Source of the DNA: Oopsacas minuta
Taxonomy: Eukaryota > Animalia > Porifera
Length of the DNA: 64,000 nucleotides
NCBI GenBank assembly: GCA_024704765.1
Contig: JAKMXF010000330.1
Coordinates: forward strand, 62,001-126,000
Reading direction: 5' to 3'
The position numbers and the translations under genes are program-made. Each line of letters starts with the position of its first letter. Position 1 is the first letter of the stretch. Positions 34,590-45,930 of this stretch are shown one piece after another. The notes under the pieces were generated by a model, which was given only the letters and a program-made list of their open reading frames with translations, did no database searches and was not told the DNA's origin.

Positions 34590-36102
34590 TTATGACTTTT
34601 TATGTTTGTGGTCAGATCTAGATCTGTGATGAGCATGAAGTTTATAAGAATCATATTCTCTCTGAGGTGAGTGGTGATCTCTCTTATACTGTCTGTTATC
34701 TCTACGGTAATCTGGGGAGTGTCTCCGTTTGGATTTATGAATCCGAGGTGGAGATCTCGGAGGAGATTTCTTATCCATTCTATTTCTCCTTTCTCTCTCG
34801 TCTCTCTCACTGACTGGATTTTTGTTCCTACTTCTAGTTTCCTTAGCCTTCTTCCTCATAGCTTGCTGTAACAATTCCATATTATCAAATACTAATCCGT
34901 ACTCTTGCTTGATTGCATTATTCTCTTCAAAGCTGTTGCCTCCCTTCCTCTGACTGCTAGCCTTATTAGCCAGGGACTGACAGAAATCTACGTGAATACG
35001 TCTGTCATCAATCAACACATTGTCCATCTTAAAATAAGCATTAGAACAGTCATCTATGTTATCAAACTCTACGAATCCATAACACAGAGAATCTCCAGTT
35101 TTCTGATCACGAATTATTTCGGTTGACACAACATTGCCAAATTTCGCGAAAATAACTGCTAAGTCTTCTGAGTTGGTACTAGGATGTAGCTTACAGATGA
35201 AGAGAACATTTTCCGGAGGAAGCTCATCAGAGTCGTGTATGTCTCCTATCACTTCTAAAAGCTTAAGATTAGTTTTAGTTGTTTTAGAGTTAATTCTCTC
35301 ATTTATTTCAACTTCGTTTAAACCGCGGAACTCATCAAGCTCCTCATCAGCTGCGATTGTGAATTCTCCTCTTCTTGTGAGACGGGGAGAAGGAGAACGT
35401 GAGGGGACATTGAAGGATGGAGGGTCTGGATAGGGGTCCTCTAGAATAATAGTGTGAGTTATTAGAATGTCCTGGAATGGTTTACCTTGTTCATCACAAT
35501 AAGCAGCACTCAATTTCTCTAGAACAGAGAATCCAGCAGCTGGAGAGAGAATATATAATATACATACAGTAGAACTCAGATAATACGCAATAAGTACAAA
35601 ATAGATGATCCATTTTTGAGGAAAGTACGACTTAAGCCAAGAATTCTTATCCGAGTTCTACTGTAATTAATATTAAAATGATTAAGTTAATTAACCTATT
35701 TATACCTTCAGCAACTTCTCCAAACACAGTGTGCTGACCATCCAGTGAGTCCAGGCTTGGAGCAAGAGTAAATAAGAACTGACTCCCATGCTGTCCTAAC
35801 CCGTTATTAACCATGGATATCAATCCTGCTTTAGTATGACGTATCTTGGGTACAATTTCCATATCAAAATACTCAGGATTGCCTCCATCCTCTAACAAGC
35901 CTGTTACACTACTGCCCCCTTCTCCAGTACCTGTAGGGTCTCCTGTTTGAGCTACGAAGTTCTCTTGAATGCAATGGAAGCGACAGAAATTGTAATATTT
36001 CAGTTTACAAAGCTTAAGAAAGTTATAACAACTATTTGCTCGCTCCTCAGGATACAAATCTACAATGATGTCACCAACTGTAGTTTCTATTATTACAGAC
36101 AT
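34590..36102 (-). CDS. PPIL4: Cyclophilin-RRM protein PPIL4, 2 exons, about 448 aa
   Basis: Exons 36102-35706 and 35539-34590 (phase-1 GT-AG intron, 166 bp). MSVIIETTVGDIIVDLY..NFLKLCKLKYYN; RRM PPENVLFICKL..SLCYGFVEF..MDNVLIDDRRIHVDF; R/S/H-rich tail. Confidence 0.94.
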
Positions 36103-36139
36103 ACTATATCTTAGAAATAAATATATAAAGATTCTGGGA

Positions 36140-36252
36140 TGTAGTAATCCGTCTAGCTCTCTGGAAAGTCCTGCGGTACAGATAACCTAGCTAGTTAACC
36201 GACCGTGACCTTTACCAGATGCTAGCGGACATCACTAAAGGAGAAATTTTAT
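36140..36252 (-). ncRNA. Candidate structured RNA: 96-nt imperfect hairpin (36142-36237) followed by ACA
   Basis: About 38 base pairs by manual folding, G.U pairs favour the minus strand, ACA at 36142-36140, ANANNA-like ATAAAA at 36252-36247. Identity unknown. Confidence 0.3.
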
Positions 36253-36481
36253 CCTATAGACCAATAGTATTACATGTATGACATACTAATAAACATGTAG
36301 ACCTTGTATTAACCGCCCTGACAGGCCCAACTATGCAGCTCATTCAGAAGGGCTGATCCTCCAATTAGCAACACCTAAGGTAATGGGAACAATTGGTCAG
36401 ATTATCCTCTGCTGTTCTCTATCACAGGTAGATTATAAATCTTAAAGTCATTAAATATAATCTTATCTCATTTTAATCCTA

Positions 36482-37837
36482 TCATAACACTTCTTCATCT
36501 GACTCTGTATCTGTTTGAATTAGTTTCTCAGGATTCTTAACCCCAACAGAAATGATTTCCTCTCCTCTCCTCTCTTCTTCTAGAGTTATCAGCGCTGCTA
36601 TTTCTAACTCAACAAGTTCTAATCCTATCTCTTCTTTCTGGAATGAGCACTCACTCAATTGTTTGTATACTTTACCAATCTTCTTGCTACTAACGCTTTG
36701 TATCCAAACACAGTAATCCTTAATATACAAGTCATTGTGTATGTAAAAGAGATCAGATAGAGCAAACAGCTGATAAGTATATAGCAAACATTTCAGAATA
36801 AGTGGTTTCCCTCCTTCAAATACACTACACATGTCATGTAACACCCTAATAGACAGCTGGAAGTTTCTATATATCGGATAACACAGAGATCTCCGTAGAC
36901 AGGATACCAGTGTGCTTCTAATAGAAGAGAAGGATTGTAGCCAAGATAGGGTAGAACTGAGCTTCCAAATGGTCCAAGCTGATTCTACATCCATCTCTCC
37001 AGCTGTACTTCTGTTAGCATAGCAATAAGCATACACTATATCTATCAATCCGTACAGGAGCTGGTACTCCATAGGAGACTCTATCAAGTATTGTTTCTTA
37101 GGTAACTGAGTAAGCAATAGCTTGTCTTTCTCATTTAGTTTAGCTATCTTCTCTATCTTATCCCAGGAAGGTGTGAAAGAGAATATATTCTCTAAATGAT
37201 GTATCTCCATTGTATCAGCTAGATAGTGCTCAGGATCAAATTCTAAGTTCTCAAAAGATTTTCTGAGTACTCCTCTCTGAGTGTGAGGAGTCCTGTCAGG
37301 GTCTGGGAGAGAGACAAGTTCAGGGAGGTCATCCTGTAGACGAGAGAACACCCCTTGCTTCTGATTAGCAAACCCATAACATGATCCACCTAAAGGAACA
37401 ATATCGATAGTCTCTGGTATAACTTGTTCTAACTTCCAATCTAACTCCTCATCAGAACTATCTCCAGTAGGAGAAAGCTTCTCTTCTTCTAACACTAATA
37501 TCTCTGGAGTACTTACAATACTTTTGATATCTGGCATCTTATTAGGTTGAGTGAGTAGCTTTGTTAGCATATCCAGATCAGGGAATACTTGTCCTGAATT
37601 CATTTTAGGAACATATACAACAAAGTTACCAGAATCTACGTCATAACAGGCTCTCTCTCTTCCATCTTCAGTAAGAGGATAGGGAAGGTGCAGACTGAGG
37701 AAGTACGGTTGGCAATAGAACTGGAATATGTTACCATCTATATGAGTCTCTACTGATGATACCTTTATATACGGAGCATATATACGGATTATTAGGAATT
37801 CTGTGTCTTGATCTATCTCAAATTTTGGGGTTAGCAT
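36482..37837 (-). CDS. SHQ1: H/ACA RNP assembly factor SHQ1
   Basis: CS domain MLTPKFEIDQD.EFLIIRIYAPY..F.FYCQPYFL.LHLP; YGFANQK.GVF; FDPEHYLAD; ESAWTIWKLSSTLSWL. Confidence 0.93.
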   Translation of the reverse strand: MLTPKFEIDQDTEFLIIRIYAPYIKVSSVETHIDGNIFQFYCQPYFLSLHLPYPLTEDGRERACYDVDSGNFVVYVPKMNSGQVFPDLDMLTKLLTQPNKMPDIKSIVSTPEILVLEEEKLSPTGDSSDEELDWKLEQVIPETIDIVPLGGSCYGFANQKQGVFSRLQDDLPELVSLPDPDRTPHTQRGVLRKSFENLEFDPEHYLADTMEIHHLENIFSFTPSWDKIEKIAKLNEKDKLLLTQLPKKQYLIESPMEYQLLYGLIDIVYAYCYANRSTAGEMDVESAWTIWKLSSTLSWLQSFSSIRSTLVSCLRRSLCYPIYRNFQLSIRVLHDMCSVFEGGKPLILKCLLYTYQLFALSDLFYIHNDLYIKDYCVWIQSVSSKKIGKVYKQLSECSFQKEEIGLELVELEIAALITLEEERRGEEIISVGVKNPEKLIQTDTESDEEVL

Positions 37838-38686
37838 CTGTGCTGAAACAGTGTTTTAATTAGTTGTGCTGAGTATTCTAGTGCATTATAACATCCTTAA
37901 AATGGATATTGATCCTATCATAACTGGGTCTAAATATCCCAGCGCTCCTCACATTATAGAGTATAACTGTATAGCGTGGTTAAAGTGGTAAGGACATTTT
38001 GTCGGTTCGTATGAAGATACGTAGAACTGGTAGGAGTCGTTCAAACTTTATTCAACGTTATCTAGGGGAAGTGTCAAGTTTGACAGCCCTATCCTTTTCG
38101 TATTATATGAAGCATAACACAGGGAGGAGGATCAATTTTTCTGGAATTTGTGTTACGTAATGTTTGAACGATGCCTAAGTTAACAGAGAATACGAATAGA
38201 ATGATAGTAATGATAAACTCTTCAGAAAAAAAAGTGTCCATGACAGGTCTCAAAATATATCATATAACAGCTTTTAAGAAAAGTTAAATTACTTAAACGG
38301 TTTTTTTGCGTCAATATGACTGTATGCGTCAGATTGAATTATACCGTAAAGTGAGAATTGGATACTTAGTAAACAACTAAACCCCTATCAGATCTAAATA
38401 ATTCTACCCGTATTTCATTGTTATTGATTCGAGACCTGCTAAACTTATGAATATACCAATTTCTAGCTCTCCTCATTACTATACGTATTAACGTATTGTA
38501 GTTTGATTTCTATCATAACAATATCATAACACGCAGGAGGAGGAAGACAGGTTTGTATATATTGCAGAATAACAAGTTACAAAGTGTAAAGTTCCAACCG
38601 TGATATCATCAGATACGCTTGTTATCAGCACTATAATCAATTACTTAGGATATAAGGATTCGAGATTAATTCAGAGGAGTATGACG

Positions 38687-41458
38687 TCAGACCCATGCTT
38701 GTACGTTTGACTTAACCTGTTTGATGGCTGTCATCCATTTCTCCTTCTCTTGTTTAGAGTCTGCACTGATCAGATACTTCTTAGATCTTGTCCTACCGCT
38801 GTGGAAATAGAATGTGTTTATCCTAGCACACTGAATTCTGTTAGTAGACTCTATCTCCCCGGATATGTACTGTAGACTGATGGTACCAACTGGTGGTTTA
38901 TCCTGCTCCTCCTCTTCAGGGTACAGCCAGAAAGATAGGGTGGTGTGAGCTAACACACACCATCTACGGTTCCAGGTAAGATCATCATGGAATATCGTGA
39001 GGAAACCTTTGACAATCTCTTGTTGTTCTAGGTCAGGTGTAACAGAGAGAGAGAGACGGAGGAGAGGGACTAGAGGGTATGGGTACACGGGACATGAGTG
39101 TGGCTCCAGACGGAAATCAGTCCTCTTCAAATACCTCTTATCTAGAGAAGTAGAAGCGATGAGAGTGAAGCGAGTCTTCTTCAGCTCTATCTCCATCTCA
39201 GAAGTTACTATTGGTAGCTTCCGTTTAAATTTCTTAGACTTTTGTCTCTTTAGAGGAGAGCCTGATTTAGCTGCATTGAGTATCCGTTTAACTTTACTGA
39301 CAGGGGTCTTTACTAGTGAAGCATTGGTTTCTTCTTTACCTCTATTAGCCTCAAACATGTACACCATGGGGGTTAATTGGAACCCTTCCTTCACGCAATG
39401 GAACACTAGAGTATCAGAGAATGTTAGCTGATTGTAATTAGGATTTAAGACGCTTGGTTGTGGAGAGAGAGGGTGTGTAGCTACTACTTGAGCTGGGTTA
39501 GTTGATTTTATTACACACACGAAATGATATGATAGCTTGAGCCCCGTACGTGTAGTGAGATGCTCCATGAACTGTTGACTGAGAGATAATTTGATTCCAC
39601 TCAAAGTCAAACTAGCAGTACAAGAATTACTAGACTCTAGACCGTACCCACTCTCCAGTAGCTTAGCCTCCTGGAAGAATGCCTCTCTTCTGAGAGAACA
39701 GTTTAGCAGTAGTCTCTCTGCTTCCACCTCTTCATTGGATCCAGACAAACCCCCGTGCATTTGACAGATCTGTAAGGCAGAGGTAGCTTGTCTCCAGCCG
39801 TCCTCCAGGAGACAGATCTGGTTTCTGAGAGTCCCTAGCTTGTCCTTAAGGTTCAGAGACCCCCTGGTAGCAGACCGGGTCATAACTCGCTGTTCAGGAC
39901 CAGGGAAGGTAGCAGGGGGCGGTATAGGTTGTATATTGTAGCCTGATGAGAAGGTGAGACAATGAGTAGGTATAGCACTGGATATAGAACTGACATCAGT
40001 TGATAGTGTGTCAATAGAAGATTGACTATTACAACCTACTATTTGAGAGGTCAGTGAGTTGCTAGCTTGACGAACAGTATCCTCGATTGGAGCTATGTCA
40101 TCATCAATTGTCTTGGGGGTGTGTAGAGACACTGACGTCACACTACGTCTGGGGATACGGTGTGGGAACCCTATGGGTGTGTGGACGGGAGATACACTGG
40201 ATATTGGGGTAGGTGTGGGGGTTAGTAAGGGGGTAGGATTCTTCCCTGGATACACAGCTGTTTTAAAGCTATGGTTCCTGTTGTATGGGGCGGGGTTCTG
40301 AGGAGGAGCAGAGGGGACAAGAGGACCTGTCTTATTATCCTCCTCTTCCTGTCCGTACTGAGCTTCCAGTTGTCTGAGGTCCTCTGGAGACATGGAACGT
40401 CTAACTGTCCTCATAAGCTGTTTGGAGATAGCTAATTCAGGACTCATACTGACCCTACGAATACTGTAGTTACCAGGACTAGTAGTGGTGTGAATAGACC
40501 CGGGAATGGTTTCTGAATTATGAGAGAGGGAGGGTCTCTTAGGAGGGGTGTGTTTAGGGGAAGAACAAGAGAGAGTCCTCTTCCTCTTGTGAGAGGTGTC
40601 TGGTCTGGCATACAGCTGCTCTATCTCTGTCCTGGGGGCTGGGGAGGGGATTATCTCTGCTGTACGAGTTCTAGGACGGGGCTTAGGACTGGTACTACGG
40701 CCCCTTGATCCAACCATCTGTCCAGGAGGATATTGTTGATATAATTCATGATTAGTCTGAAAACTGGAATAGCTAGGTAGATCAGGACTAGCTGACTTAG
40801 ATCTACGTAGTATTGATTTAGGTAGTACAGGAGATCCTGCAGAGGCATTGTCAGTATTATCAGCAGTATAAGCTGTAGCCAGATTAGCTCTGGGTGGTCT
40901 TATGGGTGTTACTACTATATGCTGCATGAGAGGGTTAGGGTGAGAGAACTTACGAGGGAGTGGAGAAGTAGAGGGAGCGAGATCAAATTTAGCTCTCAGC
41001 TGACTGACATGAGTTTCCCGAGGAGATTCCAGCTTAGAAGAATCACTACATCCTCCTCTAGACATGTTGTATGCTTCCTGGAATAGTTCAACTTTCCGCG
41101 CTACATGGCCAGATTCCATAGTGTTGATCGGGTTGCTAGGGCGCTCACGGTATTTGTGAGCTGCACTATGTATGCGTGAACCAACTTCATCAGGTGTTAG
41201 GATACTCCCTTGTACCTGTATAGGAGCAGCACCCCCTCCTACTCCAAATTGATCTGTCTCTGAATAGGAGGACTCTACACTACTGTTGATATCTCTAGAT
41301 TGAGGTGCGAAATAAAGATTAGAGTTATACGTGTTTGTGAGAGATAGTTCAGAATCAGCTGACATCTCACTAGCATCACTAATAGGTAGAGTATTACATG
41401 CGAATATCTCCTGGACACGTGCTTGTATCTCTTGTTGTTCTGTCTCAGTGTCACTCAT
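38687..41458 (-). CDS. ANLN: Anillin (disordered N-terminus, RBD/C2 anillin-homology domain, PH domain)
   Basis: QATSALQIC..GSNEEVEAERLLL; PH domain GFLTIF....WNRRWCVL...LSFWLYPEEE..PVGTI..CARINTF..ISADSKQEKEKW. Intronless. Confidence 0.88.
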   Translation of the reverse strand: MSDTETEQQEIQARVQEIFACNTLPISDASEMSADSELSLTNTYNSNLYFAPQSRDINSSVESSYSETDQFGVGGGAAPIQVQGSILTPDEVGSRIHSAAHKYRERPSNPINTMESGHVARKVELFQEAYNMSRGGCSDSSKLESPRETHVSQLRAKFDLAPSTSPLPRKFSHPNPLMQHIVVTPIRPPRANLATAYTADNTDNASAGSPVLPKSILRRSKSASPDLPSYSSFQTNHELYQQYPPGQMVGSRGRSTSPKPRPRTRTAEIIPSPAPRTEIEQLYARPDTSHKRKRTLSCSSPKHTPPKRPSLSHNSETIPGSIHTTTSPGNYSIRRVSMSPELAISKQLMRTVRRSMSPEDLRQLEAQYGQEEEDNKTGPLVPSAPPQNPAPYNRNHSFKTAVYPGKNPTPLLTPTPTPISSVSPVHTPIGFPHRIPRRSVTSVSLHTPKTIDDDIAPIEDTVRQASNSLTSQIVGCNSQSSIDTLSTDVSSISSAIPTHCLTFSSGYNIQPIPPPATFPGPEQRVMTRSATRGSLNLKDKLGTLRNQICLLEDGWRQATSALQICQMHGGLSGSNEEVEAERLLLNCSLRREAFFQEAKLLESGYGLESSNSCTASLTLSGIKLSLSQQFMEHLTTRTGLKLSYHFVCVIKSTNPAQVVATHPLSPQPSVLNPNYNQLTFSDTLVFHCVKEGFQLTPMVYMFEANRGKEETNASLVKTPVSKVKRILNAAKSGSPLKRQKSKKFKRKLPIVTSEMEIELKKTRFTLIASTSLDKRYLKRTDFRLEPHSCPVYPYPLVPLLRLSLSVTPDLEQQEIVKGFLTIFHDDLTWNRRWCVLAHTTLSFWLYPEEEEQDKPPVGTISLQYISGEIESTNRIQCARINTFYFHSGRTRSKKYLISADSKQEKEKWMTAIKQVKSNVQAWV

Positions 41459-41687
41459 ATCAATTTATAATTTTATAATATAGCTAACTGGATATAATAA
41501 TATAAATGTGTTACTATTTAAATAGAATCTGCATAATCCAACACTCGTTGGGACATGGAAACTATATCGGACACGAAGATTTGTCACAAAATTTCTTTGG
41601 TTTGACTATTTAGTGGAATATATTAATATTCAAAATTATATTTCTAACTTTAATTATATTTTTATAAGCCAGTTAATATATAAATTA

Positions 41688-42042
41688 CTAGCCTTTGGCT
41701 CGTCGCTTTGCGATGAACTCGGCGCATTGCGCCTCGAGGTATTCAACGGACAAACAAACAGACAAACAGCAATTGAGATTTAATAATATAGATATTGTTT
41801 ACAATATTCAGACTCAGCATACTCGAGTATACCAATATAGTCGTTGAAAGTATGATTCTACCTCAATTTTGAAATTTGTTTACTTTGTATTAATAAAACA
41901 ACAATAAATTTACTTCCTTGATAAACACGATAAATACATAGTTATGCGACAATTTCAAAATTGCATACCGTAAATCTTTTCTTGACAACGGACAAACAAA
42001 CAAACAAACAAACAGACAACAATTGAGATTTAATAATATAGA
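41688..42042 (-). mobile_element. Non-autonomous Helitron-like element, copy 2
   Basis: A|TC at 42042 and CTAG|T at 41688; colinear with 9299-9724 except for an internal indel of roughly 70-80 bp; second internal TC start at 41792. Confidence 0.7.
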
Positions 42043-42100
42043 TTTTGACCCTTCGATTATCTCGCCTCATTCTCTCTTGGCACTAAAAATATTGAATTTT

Positions 42101-42252
42101 AACTATACAAAAGTTGTAAAATTTGGATTATCCACTCTGTGACCAAAAATTATCCATAAATTTGAAAAAAATAAAAATATAATCTTTCCGGACGGGAGAC
42201 TAAATTTGAGGCGGGCGGGGATGAGAAACATTTATATTACATTACATGGCCT
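42101..42252 (+). repeat. Interspersed repeat of about 150 bp (inverted copy at 54346-54492)
   Basis: Shared core atctttccggacgggagac.aaattt..ggcgggcggggat..gaaaca. Confidence 0.75.
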
Positions 42253-42495
42253 CATACCCTATGTTTATATTGATTGATATTTTATCATACTTCACTATTT
42301 CTATCAATTATTCCGTTAATAATAATTAAACGTTGTGCGACGAAACTTCCGCCATTCGTCGGATTATGAATAGTATTGTCGGAAGTTATTTTCGACTGTA
42401 ATCGAGTTTAAGAAAGAAGAATTGAATCTATTTTTAGCACTTTAAGAAGCGAACAAATTTGGTTGCTAAAATATCGTACTAAAAGAATTAATTGA

Positions 42496-45400
42496 TCATG
42501 TGTTCATTTCACCGAACAACACACTCTGATCCAATGAAGAAGGATCGCTTAAGATATTAATGTACTCTTCATAGCCAGCAGAATATAGGAACCTGAAGTT
42601 CTGGTTACCAGCTAGTCCATACTCCTGTATTGTGGGTGAGGTAGAGAGGGTATCAAAGTCTAGCACCATGTCACATATCTGTGATTTCATCACGAGGGAT
42701 CTTTGTATGATTTGAAATACAGTAGTATCCTGTATCTGTCTTAATGGATCATCAGTAGGGATAGATAACCAGTCGTCCTTCATGACAGCCATGCTCCAAA
42801 CGTAGAGGATTAGATCAGCTCTCTCTTCAGACTGCACATCCTGCTGGTACACTATCTGTACTAACTCAAGTGCTCGTAGAAAGTCATATATATTAGCTTG
42901 ACAATTCTTATCACTATTAACGTATAGTTCTACTATATCTCTACAGGATAGAGGAGGTGCATCATACAAACCGTAACCTTCCTTCTCCAGAGCTTCTACT
43001 GGGATCTGATCCTGGAATGATAGTACAGACAGACTATCATCTATAACCTCCAGGTCTGCTTGCTTACCATCATACTCATCGGCTGCTAGTAAGCATAACT
43101 TACTAAGACTTAGCAGTGTAGATTTCTTTTTTGCGAATCTAGTCTCCTCATCTGCTAGGGTTTTCAGCTGAGAAGAGGCCTCACGTGTTTCTCTATGACT
43201 GATCTGGTTCATCCAGTAGAGATGTGGGTGTTGTTTGAGGAATGTGTCCAGCTCCAGAGGATGTGTGTCATTGAACTCAAATAGGTCTGAAGTACGTCTC
43301 TCATCAAAATACCATTTAAACAGATGATCAGAGAATTTGTACTCACTGTACTCAGACATGTAGTGAGACAGCTGTTTCTTATCTCCTATAGTTCCGTATA
43401 TTCTTATCAGAGCCGGGAAATCGCGGAATTTCTCTGCTAGAGTAGTCGCGTGTGCCAGCTGTTTGTTGTTTAGAAACGGGTCTATGAGTTCTTTGCGAAT
43501 ATTCTCAAACTCCAAACAAGCTTCAAGTTCCAGATGTTGGTGAGGTGGACTAGCTCTTACTAGCTCCAGATAATCTGATAATCCTGATAGTATTATGTCA
43601 CTGATGTCAAGCATTAGTTTGAACAGATTATGCTTATCAGATTCTGATTCTGCGAAAGGCAACGCGTGTGAGATCATTATTCCCATTTGGTTCATTAACA
43701 CAGTTCTCATACCATCCTTTCCACCCGTACAGGTCCAATCGTAGAAGGGAGGGAGGGGCTGGAGAAGAGAAGAGAACTTGTCAGCTTGCCTCTTCCTCTG
43801 TAGAATAGCCTCATGTAACATACTCTCAAGTATAGTACTCACAGAATTTACTAGTTGATAGGCATCATGTCCCTGCACTCCACTCAGCAGTTCTAACTCA
43901 AAAGCAAGCAGTGCCTCCCCTATAGTGTGTACCTCCTCTGTCTCCTGGTAGAACTTGTCCTGAGGGGTAATGTCTCCTATCAACTTAGAAATACCCCGAG
44001 CTTGTAGAGACAGCTTAATAGCACCAGAAAGTAGGTCACGTGTACTCCTCGTGTGTAGTCTACGGAGTATAAGACAAGCTACAAGTTTCTCTGAGTGACT
44101 GGATAATACAGCACAAGTTGGCATAACCTTATCTTGATAAGTAACTAGTCCTAATCTACCCATTAGTCCTGTTTCTCGTATGAAAGATACAAACGTCTCA
44201 TGAGCTACTAGTTTATGCTGCATCTGCTGCTGAATTATCAGAGATCCACTGGGATCCTCTTCTATCTGCTGGAGCCAGCGGGGATCACTAGCTGGCTTGT
44301 CATTGACTATAATCCGACTAACCTCCAGTACTCCTACGTCAGCAAGTGAGTCTATCTGAGGTATGTGTAGAGGAGCACCAGAGGGCAGAGCCTCATCCAC
44401 CTGAATACAAGCCTGCATCTGATTACCCTCTATATAGGAGAACATAGCCTTCTCTAGCTGTCTAACCAGGTCAAGTACTTCAGGTCTCTGTGTACGCATG
44501 TTAGAGTATCTAGAGCTAGGTCTGGGTACAAGAGTAGATAGCTCTGTATTCATAGGAACAGATGGTGTAACAGTATGAGTAGTCAGAGAGGGATTAGGCA
44601 TATCTATAGGTAGTTGTGCTCCAAAGGATAGAGGAGTAGAGGAAAGACGTACTACTCCATGAGTACGGGAGAAGAATGCTATACAATCCTCAGGGGTAGT
44701 ACCATATCCGATAATAGTAGAGGTTGGAGAGAAGTCAAAGTTGTATACAGTGTGTGCTGGAGGCTCCCATACAGCTAGGTAGTTAGGGTTAGATATACAA
44801 CATGTGACGTCAGAAGCTAGTAATCGGTTAGTTAGCAGGATAGAGGTATCTGAGTCTAGAGGGGTGGAGTAATTAGCTGTGTGTATGTCCAGATGATCAG
44901 GTAGAGAGTCTAGTTGTGGGTTGATAAGAGCTAGGAGATAAGAAGCAAGAGGGAGAGAACTTTGATCTGATTGAGATGCAGTGAGAAGAACCGCGAGAGA
45001 ACCACGAAATGGACAGCAGTCCAATAACACGAGTTGAAGAGAGGAAATCAGTTCTTCTAACTCCGAGTGGTACGGCCAGAGAGCTCTAGCAGATTGTTCT
45101 CTCAGATAAAGTACTAGCTCTGAGTCGTATACAAGTACAGGGGCGGTACTAGGGGTACATGTCCACTTCTGAAGAGAGGTACTCGTCAGTATAAACAAAT
45201 AATTATGTCCGTCTGTGCCTGTCAATTGTGTCAGCTGTCTATAAATTTTATCATCAGCACCTGTACCAGATCGGAAGAATAGAGAGCTCATACGCTTACC
45301 GATACCAGCCAGGATTCCACCTGTATCCAAACGGGTAGCGAGGAGATTAAGCACGTGACCTTGTAGATCGATAGACAAACGATAGACCTGAGATTCATGA

Positions 45401-45930
45401 CAAACGATAACGACTGAAGTATCACTGAGTGATTGACAGCTGACAGGTGTCCCAGTACACTTTATGCTAGAATCATAGTATCTTGTGACGTCAGACCCTA
45501 TAGACGGCCAGTAACGGACCTCTCCTGTCTGAGAAACTGCTAGGATAGCCCCAAAGGTATCTCTTTTCTGAGAATTAGGGAGAAGGGAGATGGAATCAGC
45601 TGTAAACTGACCAGTAGAGGGAAGAGGATACTCTATCTTAGTAGCATGTTTTGATCCTATAGTTCCTATAGGGTATCTCCAAAGGAAGAAACTGGTGGGA
45701 GTGACTAAGTAGCACCAGCCACTAGGATGGACACACGCAGAACAGGTAGTCTCCCCCCTTTGGAAGTATTCCTTCACTTGTACAGGGAGAGGTTGTCCAT
45801 ACTGCTCCAACACATACTCTCCTTTCTGCTCAATCACACTGAAGGAACGGAGGTGTGTCTTGGAGAGGTTGGGACTACCTCTTAGAGACGTAGAGCCTAG
45901 GGATAAGTTATCAACAGGCTTATGGAACAT
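42496..45930 (-). CDS. NUP133: Nuclear pore complex protein Nup133
   Basis: N-terminal propeller (YGQPLPVQVKEY, SGWCYLV, GEVRYWPSI), D.PASDPRW..SLII.QQM.HKL.AH, LAEKFRDFPALI, K.TLLSLSKL. 1144 aa, intronless. Confidence 0.92.
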   Translation of the reverse strand: MFHKPVDNLSLGSTSLRGSPNLSKTHLRSFSVIEQKGEYVLEQYGQPLPVQVKEYFQRGETTCSACVHPSGWCYLVTPTSFFLWRYPIGTIGSKHATKIEYPLPSTGQFTADSISLLPNSQKRDTFGAILAVSQTGEVRYWPSIGSDVTRYYDSSIKCTGTPVSCQSLSDTSVVIVCHESQVYRLSIDLQGHVLNLLATRLDTGGILAGIGKRMSSLFFRSGTGADDKIYRQLTQLTGTDGHNYLFILTSTSLQKWTCTPSTAPVLVYDSELVLYLREQSARALWPYHSELEELISSLQLVLLDCCPFRGSLAVLLTASQSDQSSLPLASYLLALINPQLDSLPDHLDIHTANYSTPLDSDTSILLTNRLLASDVTCCISNPNYLAVWEPPAHTVYNFDFSPTSTIIGYGTTPEDCIAFFSRTHGVVRLSSTPLSFGAQLPIDMPNPSLTTHTVTPSVPMNTELSTLVPRPSSRYSNMRTQRPEVLDLVRQLEKAMFSYIEGNQMQACIQVDEALPSGAPLHIPQIDSLADVGVLEVSRIIVNDKPASDPRWLQQIEEDPSGSLIIQQQMQHKLVAHETFVSFIRETGLMGRLGLVTYQDKVMPTCAVLSSHSEKLVACLILRRLHTRSTRDLLSGAIKLSLQARGISKLIGDITPQDKFYQETEEVHTIGEALLAFELELLSGVQGHDAYQLVNSVSTILESMLHEAILQRKRQADKFSSLLQPLPPFYDWTCTGGKDGMRTVLMNQMGIMISHALPFAESESDKHNLFKLMLDISDIILSGLSDYLELVRASPPHQHLELEACLEFENIRKELIDPFLNNKQLAHATTLAEKFRDFPALIRIYGTIGDKKQLSHYMSEYSEYKFSDHLFKWYFDERRTSDLFEFNDTHPLELDTFLKQHPHLYWMNQISHRETREASSQLKTLADEETRFAKKKSTLLSLSKLCLLAADEYDGKQADLEVIDDSLSVLSFQDQIPVEALEKEGYGLYDAPPLSCRDIVELYVNSDKNCQANIYDFLRALELVQIVYQQDVQSEERADLILYVWSMAVMKDDWLSIPTDDPLRQIQDTTVFQIIQRSLVMKSQICDMVLDFDTLSTSPTIQEYGLAGNQNFRFLYSAGYEEYINILSDPSSLDQSVLFGEMNT

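Noticed and set aside
35514-35705. Split PPIL4 ORFs as two genes
   Set aside because: A phase-1 GT-AG intron joins the cyclophilin and RRM parts.
36103-36481. Spacer RNA as telomerase RNA
   Set aside because: No CTAACCCTAA-type template is seen on either strand of the spacer.
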